Below are positions 62,896 to 64,000 of a stretch of DNA of 64,000 bases, one piece after another. The position numbers and the translations under genes are program-made. The notes beneath the pieces were generated by a model. That model saw only the letters and a program-made list of their open reading frames with translations, made no database searches and was not told the DNA's origin. Source of the stretch: Promethearchaeota archaeon (GTDB lineage: Archaea; Asgardarchaeota; Lokiarchaeia; Sigyniarchaeales; SOKP01). Each line of letters begins with the position of its first letter. Positions within the stretch are counted from its first letter, which is position 1. The stretch lies in contig JAEOTP010000015.1 of the NCBI GenBank assembly GCA_016839765.1, positions 64,001 through 128,000 on the forward strand. Reading direction: 5' to 3'.

Positions 62896-63729
62896 TTAAT
62901 CAACCCAAAAATGTCTCGCTAAACTTCTTCTTTTTTCCCATAATTCATTTTTTTTAGAGAAAGCTATAATCCCTAACCCTTGATCTGCATCTTTTATTTT
63001 CCACATACCGCTTACAGCACCAGTAAGACCTGCTGATAAAACTTCAAATCCTTGAGCAGTATAAAGATCACACTCAACTCCACGGTTTATTATGAACTTT
63101 AATTGTCTTAAACCCTGTTGATTTTTAGATTTAAGCACTTCTAGTAATTTATTTACTTCAGCATCAATTTTATCATTTGGAACTATTCGATTCCAGAGAT
63201 TCCATTCTACAGCACATTTTGCAGTATGTAAAGCACCAATAAGGTTTATTTCTTTTGCTCTACGTCTTCCGATTAAACGTGCAAGTCTAGTAGTGCCACC
63301 CCAACCTGGAGTGATTCCTACATCTACCTCAGGCATTCCCCATTTAGCTCGCTCTGTGGCAATAACAAAATCACATGCCATAGTTATTTCTAAACCACCG
63401 CCAACAGCATATCCATCTACAGCAGCAATTGTTATTTTATCTAATTCTTCAAGTTGGTTGGCCATATTTTGATAATACCTAGCTCTTCTAGTAATATCGT
63501 TCGCATCACCCCAGTTTATCATTTCAGTAATGTCATCACCTACACAGAAATTATTTCCAGCTCCTTTAATCACTAAAAATTTTATTTTGGTAGATTGTCG
63601 TACTAATTCTATTGCGCTTACAATTTCGTCAGAAAGTTTCATACTTAAGGCATTTAAAACTTTAGGGCGATTTAGGGTTATATATGCTACTTGTTCTTTT
63701 TCTTCATAAATTAATTGTTCAAAATTCAT
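62896..63729 (-). CDS. Enoyl-CoA hydratase/isomerase (crotonase)
   Basis: ITLNRP..LNAL, FCVGDDI, IAAVDGYAVGGGLE, PEVDVGITPGWGGT.RL.RLIG. Confidence 0.93.
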   Translation of the reverse strand: MNFEQLIYEEKEQVAYITLNRPKVLNALSMKLSDEIVSAIELVRQSTKIKFLVIKGAGNNFCVGDDITEMINWGDANDITRRARYYQNMANQLEELDKITIAAVDGYAVGGGLEITMACDFVIATERAKWGMPEVDVGITPGWGGTTRLARLIGRRRAKEINLIGALHTAKCAVEWNLWNRIVPNDKIDAEVNKLLEVLKSKNQQGLRQLKFIINRGVECDLYTAQGFEVLSAGLTGAVSGMWKIKDADQGLGIIAFSKKNELWEKRRSLARHFWVD

Positions 63730-63815
63730 GAAATAAAATTGAATTCATATAAATATAAGCCTTTCTTTATTCAGAACAATTATAGTTAAAAAAAAAAAGT
63801 TTTAAAAAAAGTTTA

Positions 63816-63998
63816 CTATTCTTTTTTCCAATTATACTTCTTTGGACCAGCAAACAATAGCAAGAATGCTGGAACTAAAATAAGTATACCTGCCCATCCC
63901 CACATACCAAATATAGTGATAATAACGCCCCAAACTAACATCCATGGCATTCTAAGTTTCCCAAGATTTAGTACCCAATCATATAAAGCATCCCAATC
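63816..63998 (-). CDS. Membrane protein C-terminus (truncated by window end)
   Basis: Hand translation ...DWDALYDWVLNLGKLRMPWMLVWGVIITIFGMWGWAGILILVPAFLLLFAGPKKYNWKKE*. Confidence 0.7.
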   Translation of the reverse strand, partial: DWDALYDWVLNLGKLRMPWMLVWGVIITIFGMWGWAGILILVPAFLLLFAGPKKYNWKKE

Positions 63999-64000
63999 TT

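Noticed and set aside
1-64000. Mobile elements, CRISPR arrays, rRNA or tRNA genes
   Set aside because: No transposase or integrase ORF, no regularly spaced repeat array and no GC-rich rRNA/tRNA-like segment was seen.

Overview
AT-rich archaeal chromosome segment, most consistent with an Asgard archaeon of the Lokiarchaeia type. This is an inference from the Rab-like GTPase, archaeal TFB, proteasome alpha subunit, three-gene RFC, PolB2 cluster, tandem acyl-CoA ligases and giant membrane or repeat proteins. Main content: GH4 glycosidase; a 2838-aa polytopic membrane protein; a PadR/radical-SAM/AhpD-like group; the PolB2 triad (polB2, small MGRT protein, inactive RadA); Sir2, Rab-like GTPase and psmA; UPF0182; a 1376-aa helical-repeat protein; rfcS1-rfcS2-rfcL; pepT; a lipid-redox cluster (CrtC-like, SCP2, two FAD oxidoreductases, CCG Fe-S, FixCX-like); fba; tfb; and grpE-dnaK-dnaJ-clpB. 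No rRNA, tRNA, CRISPR array or transposase was seen. The best unexplained signal is a ~380-nt intergenic element at 14330-14710 just downstream of polB2. It has its own TATA box and U-tract, four nested long-range helices, at least seven local hairpins and a thrice-repeated CUUUUGGUU motif, so it is a candidate large structured ncRNA that I cannot match to RNase P or SRP. Other notable items: a switch-like structured leader at 560-800, a divergent tandem duplication of the psmA/UPF0182 3' ends, operator arrays upstream of padR and grpE, and several short gene remnants. All assignments come from reading motifs by eye; no searches or folding programs were run.
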